Source: Flavobacteriia bacterium
Lineage (GTDB): Bacteria > Bacteroidota > Bacteroidia > Flavobacteriales_D > Crocinitomicaceae
Direction of reading: 5' to 3'
Length of the DNA: 64,000 bases
NCBI GenBank assembly: GCA_947464135.1
Contig: CANHVK010000003.1
Coordinates: forward strand, 1,223 to 65,222
Numbering within the stretch: position 1 is the first letter of the stretch; the number at the start of each line of letters is the position of its first letter. The notes under the pieces were generated by a model, which made no database searches, was not told the DNA's origin, and saw nothing but the letters and a program-made list of their open reading frames with translations. The translations under genes and the position numbers were made by a program. Below, piece after piece: positions 53,837 through 62,110 of the stretch.

Positions 53837-54211
53837 ATGCAAGTAGAAACACCATCAAGTTACCTACCAATTTTGGTTCAGCTTGGAGTTGCATTAGGCT
53901 TTGTGGTTACAACCATCGTTGCGACGCATTTTTTAGGACCAAGTAGAAAATCTAAAAGAAAGTTAGATTCATTCGAATGTGGTATCGAATCATCAGGAAA
54001 TGCACGTGTGCCATTTTCAGTGAAATACTTTTTAGTAGCTATCTTATTTGTTTTATTCGATGTCGAGGTAATTTTTATGTACCCTTGGGCAGTAAATTTT
54101 AAAACGTTAGGAACAAACGGACTGATTGAAATGTTCTTATTCATAGGTCTTTTATTATTAGGGTTCTTCTATGTATTGAAGAAAGGTGCTCTAAAATGGG
54201 AGGATAAATAA
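53837..54211 (+). CDS. nuoA: NADH-quinone oxidoreductase subunit A
   Basis: Three TM segments. FECGIES and FLVAILFVLFDVEVIFMYPW motifs. Confidence 0.95.
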   Translation: MQVETPSSYLPILVQLGVALGFVVTTIVATHFLGPSRKSKRKLDSFECGIESSGNARVPFSVKYFLVAILFVLFDVEVIFMYPWAVNFKTLGTNGLIEMFLFIGLLLLGFFYVLKKGALKWEDK

Positions 54212-54224
54212 AAAATTCAAAGCT

Positions 54225-54791
54225 ATGAGTTCAGAAAAAGATATAGTTGAATCAAAAGTGAAAATTGTAAAAGCACCAGACGGACACGAAGGTTCTGGTT
54301 TCTTTGCAACTTCGTTAGACCAAGTAGTAGGTTTAGCAAGAAAAAATTCATTGTGGCCTTTACCTTTTGCAACTTCTTGTTGTGGTATTGAGTTTATGGC
54401 AACAATGGCTTCTCACTACGATTTAGGTCGTTTTGGGTCAGAACGTTTGAGTTTTTCTCCACGCCAAGCCGACTTACTAATGGTAATGGGAACTATTTCT
54501 AAAAAATTAGCTCCTGTTGTAAAACAAGTTTACCTTCAAATGGCAGAACCACGTTGGGTAATTGCAATGGGTGCTTGTGCATCAAGTGGTGGTATTTTTG
54601 ATACTTACAGTGTATTACAAGGTATTGACAGAATCATTCCTGTAGATGTATATATCCCTGGATGTCCGCCAAGACCTGAACAAGTAATTGATGGTATCTT
54701 GCAAGTTCAAGAATTGGTTGGTAAAGAATCTCTTCGTAGAAGAAATACACCTGAATATACTGAATTATTAGCATCTTACGGAATCGAGTAA
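54225..54791 (+). CDS. nuoB: NADH-quinone oxidoreductase subunit B
   Basis: N2 cluster cysteines in SCCGIEF, GACASSGG and PGCPPRPE. Confidence 0.97.
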   Translation: MSSEKDIVESKVKIVKAPDGHEGSGFFATSLDQVVGLARKNSLWPLPFATSCCGIEFMATMASHYDLGRFGSERLSFSPRQADLLMVMGTISKKLAPVVKQVYLQMAEPRWVIAMGACASSGGIFDTYSVLQGIDRIIPVDVYIPGCPPRPEQVIDGILQVQELVGKESLRRRNTPEYTELLASYGIE

Positions 54792-54792
54792 T

Positions 54793-55299
54793 ATGGAAAA
54801 CGTAACGGAACGCATTGGAAAAGCATTACAAAACAAATTTAGTGATGCCATTATTAAACAAGAGTTAATTGTTGATTTCCCCACTTTTACAGTTAAAAAA
54901 GAGGAAATTCTAAACGTATTGACTTTCTTGTATGATTACGAAGATTATAAATTTCAGTTTATGACATCGCTTTGTGGTGTTCATTTCCCTGATAATGCGA
55001 AAGAAGAAGAATTTTGTGTTGTTTATCAATTACACGATATGGTACAAAATCAACGTATTCGTATCAAAGTATATACTTCTGAATCGGATATTAAAGTTCC
55101 GAGTGTTACTTCTTTATTTAAAACAGCAAATTGGTTAGAAAGAGAAACATACGATTTCTATGGAATCCAATTTACAGGTCATCCAAATTTGACAAAAATT
55201 TTAAATATGGAAGACCAACCATACTTCCCTATGCGTAAACAATACCAAGTGGAAGACGAAACAAGAGAAGACAAAAACGACGCAATGTTCGGACGATAA
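54793..55299 (+). CDS. nuoC: NADH-quinone oxidoreductase subunit C
   Basis: ANWLERETYDFYGIQFTGHPNL motif. Separate from nuoD (not a fusion). Confidence 0.95.
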   Translation: MENVTERIGKALQNKFSDAIIKQELIVDFPTFTVKKEEILNVLTFLYDYEDYKFQFMTSLCGVHFPDNAKEEEFCVVYQLHDMVQNQRIRIKVYTSESDIKVPSVTSLFKTANWLERETYDFYGIQFTGHPNLTKILNMEDQPYFPMRKQYQVEDETREDKNDAMFGR

Positions 55300-55311
55300 T
55301 TAAAATACATT

Positions 55312-55491
55312 ATGAATAATAAATTTAAAATTATACTTGGATTATTTGCTTCGATACTTGTAATTACAGGTACAATTTTTAAAATTATGCATTTAAATGG
55401 TGCAAATATTTTATTATTTGTAGGTAACATATCATTGGTTATTGCAATGTTTTATCTACTAAAAAAAACTAACAATTCTCATACGAATTAA
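55312..55491 (+). CDS. 59-aa two-TM membrane peptide between nuoC and nuoD (not in the ORF track, below its size cut-off)
   Basis: ATG 55312 to TAA 55489-55491 reads MNNKFKIILGLFASILVITGTIFKIMHLNGANILLFVGNISLVIAMFYLLKKTNNSHTN. Same strand as the operon, two hydrophobic helices. Confidence 0.5.
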   Translation: MNNKFKIILGLFASILVITGTIFKIMHLNGANILLFVGNISLVIAMFYLLKKTNNSHTN

Positions 55492-55502
55492 ACTAAATAA
55501 GT

Positions 55503-56711
55503 ATGACAAGTTCAGAATTAGAAAAAAGAAGAGCGGAGGTTGAGAAACAAGGATATTCTATCTTAAACCTTGGACCTACTCACCCTGCTACTCACGGTAT
55601 TTTCCAAAATATCCTTACGATGGATGGTGACATCATTATGGATGCTGTTCCAACAGTAGGATATATTCACAGAGCATTTGAAAAAATCGCTGAAAGAAGA
55701 AATTACTACCAAATCACAACACTTACAGACCGTTTAAATTATTGTTCGGCACCAATTAACAACATTGGTTGGCAAATGACAGTCGAAAAATTATTAGGCA
55801 TAGAAATTCCAAAACGCGCTCAATATATGCGTGTTATCATTATGGAATTAGCTCGTATTGCAGACCACTTGGTGTGTAATAGTGTAATTGGAGTTGATAC
55901 AGGAGCGTTAAGTGGATTCTTGTATGTATTCCAACAACGTGAAAAGATATATGAAATTTACGAAGATATTTGTGGAGCTCGTTTGACAACAAATATGGGA
56001 CGTGTTGGTGGTTTTAACACTGAATTCCCTGCATCTGCTTGGCAAAAAATCCACACTTTCGTAGAGACTTTCCCGCAAATATTTGATGAGTTTGATTCAC
56101 TTTTAAGCAGAAACAGAATTTTTATGGACAGAACAATTGGTGCTGGTCCTATCTCTGCTGAAAAAGCATTAAACTATGGATTTACTGGTCCAAACTTACG
56201 TGCTGCAGGTGTAGATTACGATGTACGTGTAGCAACTCCTTACTCGTCTTATGAAGATTTCGAATTTGAAATTCCTGTAGGACAAAATGGAGATACGTAT
56301 GACCGTTTTATGGTTCGTCAAGAAGAAATAAGACAATCTTTCAGCATCATCAAACAAGCGATTGCTAAATTGCCTGATGGTCCTGTTCACGCAGACGTTC
56401 CAGAAGTATTCTTACCACCGAAAGAAGAAGTTTACCACAATATGGAAGCGTTGATTTACCAATTCAAAATCATTATGGGTGAATCAAACATTCCTGCTGG
56501 TGAAGTTTACCATTCGGTAGAAGGTGGAAATGGAGAGTTAGGTTTTTACTTAATTAGCGATGGTGGTAGAGCGCCATTCAGATTGAGTTTCAGAAGACCT
56601 TGCTTTATTTATTACCAAGCATATACAGAAATGATTAAAGGAGCTATGTTATCAGATGCGGTTTTAACGTTGAGTAGTTTGAACGTAATCGCAGGAGAAT
56701 TAGACGCATAG
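55503..56711 (+). CDS. nuoD: NADH-quinone oxidoreductase subunit D
   Basis: LNLGPTHPATHGIF and IAGELDA C-terminus typical of NuoD. Confidence 0.97.
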   Translation: MTSSELEKRRAEVEKQGYSILNLGPTHPATHGIFQNILTMDGDIIMDAVPTVGYIHRAFEKIAERRNYYQITTLTDRLNYCSAPINNIGWQMTVEKLLGIEIPKRAQYMRVIIMELARIADHLVCNSVIGVDTGALSGFLYVFQQREKIYEIYEDICGARLTTNMGRVGGFNTEFPASAWQKIHTFVETFPQIFDEFDSLLSRNRIFMDRTIGAGPISAEKALNYGFTGPNLRAAGVDYDVRVATPYSSYEDFEFEIPVGQNGDTYDRFMVRQEEIRQSFSIIKQAIAKLPDGPVHADVPEVFLPPKEEVYHNMEALIYQFKIIMGESNIPAGEVYHSVEGGNGELGFYLISDGGRAPFRLSFRRPCFIYYQAYTEMIKGAMLSDAVLTLSSLNVIAGELDA

Positions 56712-56740
56712 CAATAAATAATTAGTTAAGAAAACAGCGT

Positions 56741-57253
56741 ATGTCAGAAATAGCATTTTCAGCAGAAGCAATGGAGGTAGTGAAAAAAATCATTAAACGC
56801 TACCCAGAAGGAAGACAAAAATCAGCCTTATTGCCTGTATTACACGTTGCACAAGCAGAATTCGACGGATGGTTAAGCCCTGAAGTAATGGATTATGTTG
56901 CATCTATTCTTGAAATCAAACCAATCGAAGTATACGAGGTAGCATCTTTCTATACGATGTATAACCTTCAACCTGTTGGTAAATGTTTGTTAGAAGTTTG
57001 TCAAACAGGTCCGTGTATGCTTAATGGTGCTGATGATTTAGTGGCATATTTAGAAAATAAATTAAACATCAAAGTAGGTGAAACTACAACTGATGGAATG
57101 TTTACTTTAAAAACAGTAGAATGTTTAGGTTCTTGTGGAACAGCTCCAATGTTACAATGTGGCGCTGATTATCACGAAAACTTAACAAACGAGAAAGCAG
57201 ATGCGTTGATTGAAAAATTACGCACGGATAACAAACGTTCAAGATACTGTTAA
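56741..57253 (+). CDS. nuoE: NADH-quinone oxidoreductase subunit E
   Basis: 2Fe-2S cysteines in LEVCQTGPC and ECLGSCGTAP. Confidence 0.95.
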   Translation: MSEIAFSAEAMEVVKKIIKRYPEGRQKSALLPVLHVAQAEFDGWLSPEVMDYVASILEIKPIEVYEVASFYTMYNLQPVGKCLLEVCQTGPCMLNGADDLVAYLENKLNIKVGETTTDGMFTLKTVECLGSCGTAPMLQCGADYHENLTNEKADALIEKLRTDNKRSRYC

Positions 57254-57268
57254 TAGATAATTACTACT

Positions 57269-58624
57269 ATGGGACGCAAAATATTATTAGAACACGAAAA
57301 TGTACCAGGGATTGAAACCTTGGAAGTTTACCGTAAAATGGGAGGTTATCGTGCTGCTGAAAAAGCAATCAAATCGATGGCTCCTGATGACGTTACTGAA
57401 GAAGTAAAAAAAGCTGGTTTACGTGGTAGGGGAGGAGCAGGATTCCCAGCTGGAATGAAATGGAGTTTTATCGATAAAAAATCGGATAAACCAAGATACT
57501 TGGTATGTAATGCGGATGAATCTGAACCTGGAACATTCAAAGACAGATACTTAATGGAAAAAATTCCACACGCATTAGTGGAAGGTATGATTGTTTCAAG
57601 TTATGCTTTAGGAGCTAAAACATCGTATATCTACATCCGTGGGGAATATTTCTATGTATTACGCATATTAGAAAAAGCAATCGCAGAAGCTTACGAAGCA
57701 GGATTGTTAGGTAAAAATATTTTCGGTACAGATTATTCATTAGACTTATACGTTCAAATTGGAGGTGGAGCCTACATCTGTGGTGAAGAAACAGCATTAT
57801 TAGAATCATTAGAAGGAAAACGTGGAAATCCAAGAATGAAACCACCTTTCCCAGCGATTTCTGGTTTGTATGCATCTCCAACAGTGGTAAACAATGTTGA
57901 AACAATTGCTGCTGTTCCACATATCGTGAATATGTCTGGTGATGAATATGCTAAAATTGGTATCGAGAGAAGTACAGGTACTAAATTAATTTCTGCAAGT
58001 GGTCATATCAATAAACCAGGAGTTTACGAAATTGAATTAGGATTACCAGTAGAAGAATTTATCTATTCAGATGAATATTGTGGTGGTATTAAAGATGGTA
58101 GAAAACTAAAAGCAATGATTGCAGGTGGTTCTTCTGTTCCAATCTTACCAGCACACTTAATTACAAAAACAGCTAACGGAGACGCACGTTTGATGACATA
58201 TGAGTCACTTTCAGACGGTGGTTTTGCTTCAGGAACGATGTTAGGTTCAGGTGGTTTTATCATTATGGATGAAACAGCTTGTATCGTAAGACATACGTGG
58301 ACATTAGCACGTTTCTACCACCACGAATCTTGTGGACAATGTTCACCTTGTCGTGAAGGAACAGGATGGATGGAAAAAGTATTACACCGTATCGAACACG
58401 GACACGGAACAATGAAAGACATCGACTTATTAGTTGATATTTCTAAAAAAATTGAGGGTAACACGATTTGTCCATTAGGTGATGCAGCAGCGTGGCCAGT
58501 GGCAAGTGCGATTCGTCATTTCCGTGAAGAGTTTGAATACCACGTATTAAACCCAGAGAAAATCAAAGACCCAAAACATTTTGAAAAAGAACCGTTTGTA
58601 AGTTCTGTAACTCAAAATGCATAA
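57269..58624 (+). CDS. nuoF: NADH-quinone oxidoreductase subunit F
   Basis: GLRGRGGAGFP FMN/NADH site and the ESCGQCSPCREG 4Fe-4S motif. Confidence 0.97.
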   Translation: MGRKILLEHENVPGIETLEVYRKMGGYRAAEKAIKSMAPDDVTEEVKKAGLRGRGGAGFPAGMKWSFIDKKSDKPRYLVCNADESEPGTFKDRYLMEKIPHALVEGMIVSSYALGAKTSYIYIRGEYFYVLRILEKAIAEAYEAGLLGKNIFGTDYSLDLYVQIGGGAYICGEETALLESLEGKRGNPRMKPPFPAISGLYASPTVVNNVETIAAVPHIVNMSGDEYAKIGIERSTGTKLISASGHINKPGVYEIELGLPVEEFIYSDEYCGGIKDGRKLKAMIAGGSSVPILPAHLITKTANGDARLMTYESLSDGGFASGTMLGSGGFIIMDETACIVRHTWTLARFYHHESCGQCSPCREGTGWMEKVLHRIEHGHGTMKDIDLLVDISKKIEGNTICPLGDAAAWPVASAIRHFREEFEYHVLNPEKIKDPKHFEKEPFVSSVTQNA

Positions 58625-58660
58625 TTAAGCACCTTTTCGAATTAAGATAATAGAAAGAAA

Positions 58661-59650
58661 ATGGCAAAAGTAACAATCGACGGAGTAGAAATAGAAGTAC
58701 CAGACGGAACAACTATTTTGAATGCAGCGAGAAGTGCAGGGGGGGACATCGTTCCACCAGCAATGTGCTACTATTCCAAATTAGAAGGAAGTGGTGGTAA
58801 GTGTAGAACTTGCTTAGTAAAAGTAACTCAAGGTTCTACCAACGACCCACGTCCTATGCCTAAATTAGTTCCATCTTGTCGTACAAATGTAATGGATGGA
58901 ATGGTGGTAGAAAACATCACAAGTCCACAAGTATTGGAAGCACGTAAAGGAGTGGTAGAATTTTTATTAATCAACCACCCATTAGATTGCCCAATTTGTG
59001 ACCAAGCTGGTGAATGTGATTTACAAAACCTTGGTTTCAAACACGGTGCTGTAAATACACGCTTCGAAGAAGAAAGAAGAACCTACGAAAAAATTGATAT
59101 CGGAGATAAAATCAAACTACATATGGACAGATGTATTCTGTGCTACCGTTGTACGTTTGTAGCTGATCAAGTTGCTGAAGGTGGAAGATGTCACGGGGTA
59201 ATCAACCGCGGTGATCACGCTGAAATCTCAACATACATTGAGAAAGCAATCGATAGCGATTTTTCAGGAAATATGATTGATGTTTGTCCAGTAGGAGCAT
59301 TGACAGATAAAACAGCACGTTTTGGAAGTCGTGTATGGTTTACAAAACCTATGGACGCACACAGAGATTGTGATCACCCAAAATGTTCAGGAAAAGTAGT
59401 GGTATGGGAAAAAGGTGATGAAATCTTACGTGTAACAGGTAGAAAAGACCAATACAATGAAGTTGAATCATTCATCTGTAATACGTGTCGTTTCGAAAAG
59501 AAAAAAACAAGCGATTGGGTAATTGAAGGTCCACGTCATATAGACCGTAAATCCGTTGTTTCATTGAATCATTATGAGCATTTGAAAGATATTAAAGAAG
59601 ATATTCTTAAGTATCAAAAACAAATCTCTGAAAACTTAAATAAAGGATAA
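58661..59650 (+). CDS. nuoG: NADH-quinone oxidoreductase subunit G, short form (Fe-S N-terminal domains only)
   Basis: CYYSKLEGSGGKCRTC (2Fe-2S), HPLDCPICDQAGEC, CILCYRC and DVCPVGAL motifs. Only 329 aa. Confidence 0.9.
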   Translation: MAKVTIDGVEIEVPDGTTILNAARSAGGDIVPPAMCYYSKLEGSGGKCRTCLVKVTQGSTNDPRPMPKLVPSCRTNVMDGMVVENITSPQVLEARKGVVEFLLINHPLDCPICDQAGECDLQNLGFKHGAVNTRFEEERRTYEKIDIGDKIKLHMDRCILCYRCTFVADQVAEGGRCHGVINRGDHAEISTYIEKAIDSDFSGNMIDVCPVGALTDKTARFGSRVWFTKPMDAHRDCDHPKCSGKVVVWEKGDEILRVTGRKDQYNEVESFICNTCRFEKKKTSDWVIEGPRHIDRKSVVSLNHYEHLKDIKEDILKYQKQISENLNKG

Positions 59651-59654
59651 GACA

Positions 59655-60698
59655 ATGGAAGCCGGATTATTATTTAAAATCATCTTGGTTGTAGCAATGT
59701 TCGCTGTATCATTATTGGTCGCGATGTACTCAACCTTTTTAGAGCGTAAAGTTTCTGCTTGGATGCAAAACCGTAAAGGACCAAACAGAGCTGGACCACT
59801 TGGGTTGTTACAACCACTTGCAGATGGTGTGAAAATGTTTATGAAAGAGGAAATAATTCCAAACGTTTCTAACAAAGCATTATTCATCATTGGGCCTTGT
59901 GTGGCAATGACAACTGCATTAATGGCGGGAGCGTTAATTCCTTGGGGAGGAGATATCGAACTTTGGGGACGCACATTTACATTACAAGTAGCAGACTTAA
60001 ACATTGGTGTATTATACATTTTCGGGATCACGTCATTAGGTGTATACGGTATTATGATTGGTGGTTGGGCATCAAACAACAAATACTCATTGATGGGTGC
60101 TATACGTGCATCTGCTCAAATGATTAGTTACGAGATAGCAATGGGATTAGCAATTATCGCATTAATTATGTCTACAGGAACTATGAGTTTAAAAGAAATA
60201 GCAGACCAACAAGATGCAGGTTTAGCAAATTTCGTATATCAACCATTAGGTTTCTTAATCTTTTTAATTTGTGCTTTTGCAGAATTAAACAGAGCACCAT
60301 TTGATATGCCAGAGAGTGAATCAGAATTGATTGGTGGATACCATACAGAATACTCAAGTATGAAATTAGGTTTATTCCTTTTCGCAGAGTATATCAATAT
60401 GTTTATCTCATCAGCAGTTATTGTAACTTTCTATTTTGGAGGATATCACTTTCCTTTCCAAAACGAAATCAACGAAGCATTAGGGTTATCGACTACAATG
60501 GCAACTGCATTAGGAACAGGAATTATGTTCTTAAAAGTGTTCTTCTTTATCTTCTTCTTTATGTGGATACGATGGACATTACCACGTTTCAGATATGACC
60601 AATTGATGAGGTTAGGGTGGAAATCTCTAATTCCATTAGCAATTTTGAATATCTTGGTTACAGGTGTAGTAATGTGGATGAATGGTAAAATCAATTAA
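59655..60698 (+). CDS. nuoH: NADH-quinone oxidoreductase subunit H
   Basis: ERKVSAWMQNRKGPNRAGPLGLLQPLADG signature. Confidence 0.97.
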   Translation: MEAGLLFKIILVVAMFAVSLLVAMYSTFLERKVSAWMQNRKGPNRAGPLGLLQPLADGVKMFMKEEIIPNVSNKALFIIGPCVAMTTALMAGALIPWGGDIELWGRTFTLQVADLNIGVLYIFGITSLGVYGIMIGGWASNNKYSLMGAIRASAQMISYEIAMGLAIIALIMSTGTMSLKEIADQQDAGLANFVYQPLGFLIFLICAFAELNRAPFDMPESESELIGGYHTEYSSMKLGLFLFAEYINMFISSAVIVTFYFGGYHFPFQNEINEALGLSTTMATALGTGIMFLKVFFFIFFFMWIRWTLPRFRYDQLMRLGWKSLIPLAILNILVTGVVMWMNGKIN

Positions 60699-60709
60699 TA
60701 AAAAAAGAG

Positions 60710-61282
60710 ATGCAACCACTAACAAACAGATCAAAGCAAGTAGTTAAGAAAGAAATGACATTCGCTGAAAAATTGTATTTACCTGCAATTTTCGGTGGTA
60801 TGATTATCACTTTCAAAAATATGTTCAGAAAATCAGCGACTGTTCAATATCCTGAAGTAAAACGTGATATGAGCCCTAACTTTAGAGGTCAACACGTTTT
60901 AAAGAGAGATGAAAACGGTGCTGAAAGATGTACAGCGTGTGGATTATGTGCTGTAGCGTGTCCTGCAGAAGCAATCACAATGAATGCTGCAGAACGTAAA
61001 AAAGGAGAAGAAGGTTTATACAGAGAGGAAAAATATGCAGCAAATTATGAGATTAATATGTTGCGTTGTATTTTCTGTGGATTGTGCGAGGATGCTTGTC
61101 CTAAAGAAGCTATTTTCTTAACAGACAGAATCGTACCAACTGAATTCGATAGAGATGATTTCGTTTACGGAAAAGATAAACTTGTTGAGAAAGTAAACGA
61201 GCGTATCGATGTTACGAAACGTCAAACACCAGAAGTGTTAGAGTTCAAAAAAAATAAGAGTTTAAGTCACAATAAAATATAA
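60710..61282 (+). CDS. nuoI: NADH-quinone oxidoreductase subunit I
   Basis: Two ferredoxin motifs, CTACGLCAVACP and CIFCGLCEDACP. Confidence 0.95.
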   Translation: MQPLTNRSKQVVKKEMTFAEKLYLPAIFGGMIITFKNMFRKSATVQYPEVKRDMSPNFRGQHVLKRDENGAERCTACGLCAVACPAEAITMNAAERKKGEEGLYREEKYAANYEINMLRCIFCGLCEDACPKEAIFLTDRIVPTEFDRDDFVYGKDKLVEKVNERIDVTKRQTPEVLEFKKNKSLSHNKI

Positions 61283-61286
61283 ATAG

Positions 61287-61784
61287 ATGACACATTACGT
61301 ATTTTATTTCTTGTCATTTTTAGCAATACTATCTGGATTGATGGTAGTATTTTCTAAAAACCCAATTCACAGCGTATTATATTTAGTTATAACGTTTTTC
61401 GCAATAGCAGGTCACTACATATTATTGAATGCACAATTCCTAGCGGTAGTTCACATTGTCGTATATGCAGGAGCAATTATGGTACTATTCTTATACGTAT
61501 TGATGCTTTTAAATCTGAATGTAAGCGCAGAACCCGTGAAAAAAACGTGGGTAAAAGTTGCAGGTGTTATATCAGGAGGAATGTTGTTACTTACATTAGT
61601 TGCAACATTTGGTAAAGCAGAAACACAACCATTGATTCAAAAAGATGCGACAATCGGAGTAACTGCTAATCTTGGAAAAATTCTATTTAATGAATTTGCA
61701 CTTCCATTTGAAATATCATCAGTACTTCTTTTAGGAGCGATGGTTGGAGCAATTATGTTGAGTAAAAAAGAAGTTAATAAATAA
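61287..61784 (+). CDS. nuoJ: NADH-quinone oxidoreductase subunit J
   Basis: Five TM segments, conserved position in the operon, VVYAGAIMVLFLYV motif. Confidence 0.9.
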   Translation: MTHYVFYFLSFLAILSGLMVVFSKNPIHSVLYLVITFFAIAGHYILLNAQFLAVVHIVVYAGAIMVLFLYVLMLLNLNVSAEPVKKTWVKVAGVISGGMLLLTLVATFGKAETQPLIQKDATIGVTANLGKILFNEFALPFEISSVLLLGAMVGAIMLSKKEVNK

Positions 61785-61787
61785 CCC

Positions 61788-62105
61788 ATGGAAACATTAC
61801 AGGCAATACCACTAAACCACTATATTCTATTGAGTGCAGCATTGTTCTCAATCGGAGTTATGGGAGTGCTATTAAGAAGAAATGCGATAATCATCTTTAT
61901 GTGTATCGAATTGATGTTAAACGCAGTAAACTTATTAATGGTAGCATTTTCAGCACATCACGGTGATGGAAAAGGACAAGTATTTGTATTCTTCATTATG
62001 GCAGTAGCCGCAGCGGAAGTAGCTGTAGGACTTTCTATTTTGATTATGATTCATAGAAATACGAATACAACTGATATAGGATTTCTTAATAAACTTAAAT
62101 TTTAA
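61788..62105 (+). CDS. nuoK: NADH-quinone oxidoreductase subunit K
   Basis: 105 aa, three TM segments, [12 protein letters not shown] motif. Confidence 0.95.
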   Translation: METLQAIPLNHYILLSAALFSIGVMGVLLRRNAIIIFMCIELMLNAVNLLMVAFSAHHGDGKGQVFVFFIMAVAAAEVAVGLSILIMIHRNTNTTDIGFLNKLKF

Positions 62106-62110
62106 TAGGG

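Noticed and set aside
55179-55430. 83-aa minus-strand ORF in the nuoC-nuoD gap
   Set aside because: It overlaps the nuoC 3' end in antisense and runs against the operon direction. The same-strand 59-codon ORF (55312-55491), with two clean TM helices, explains the gap better.
59636-60082. 148-aa minus-strand ORF, and the similar ORFs at 57346-57540, 57615-57920, 58063-58263, 58828-59040 and 60446-60694
   Set aside because: All are antisense to highly conserved nuo genes and show no independent signals.
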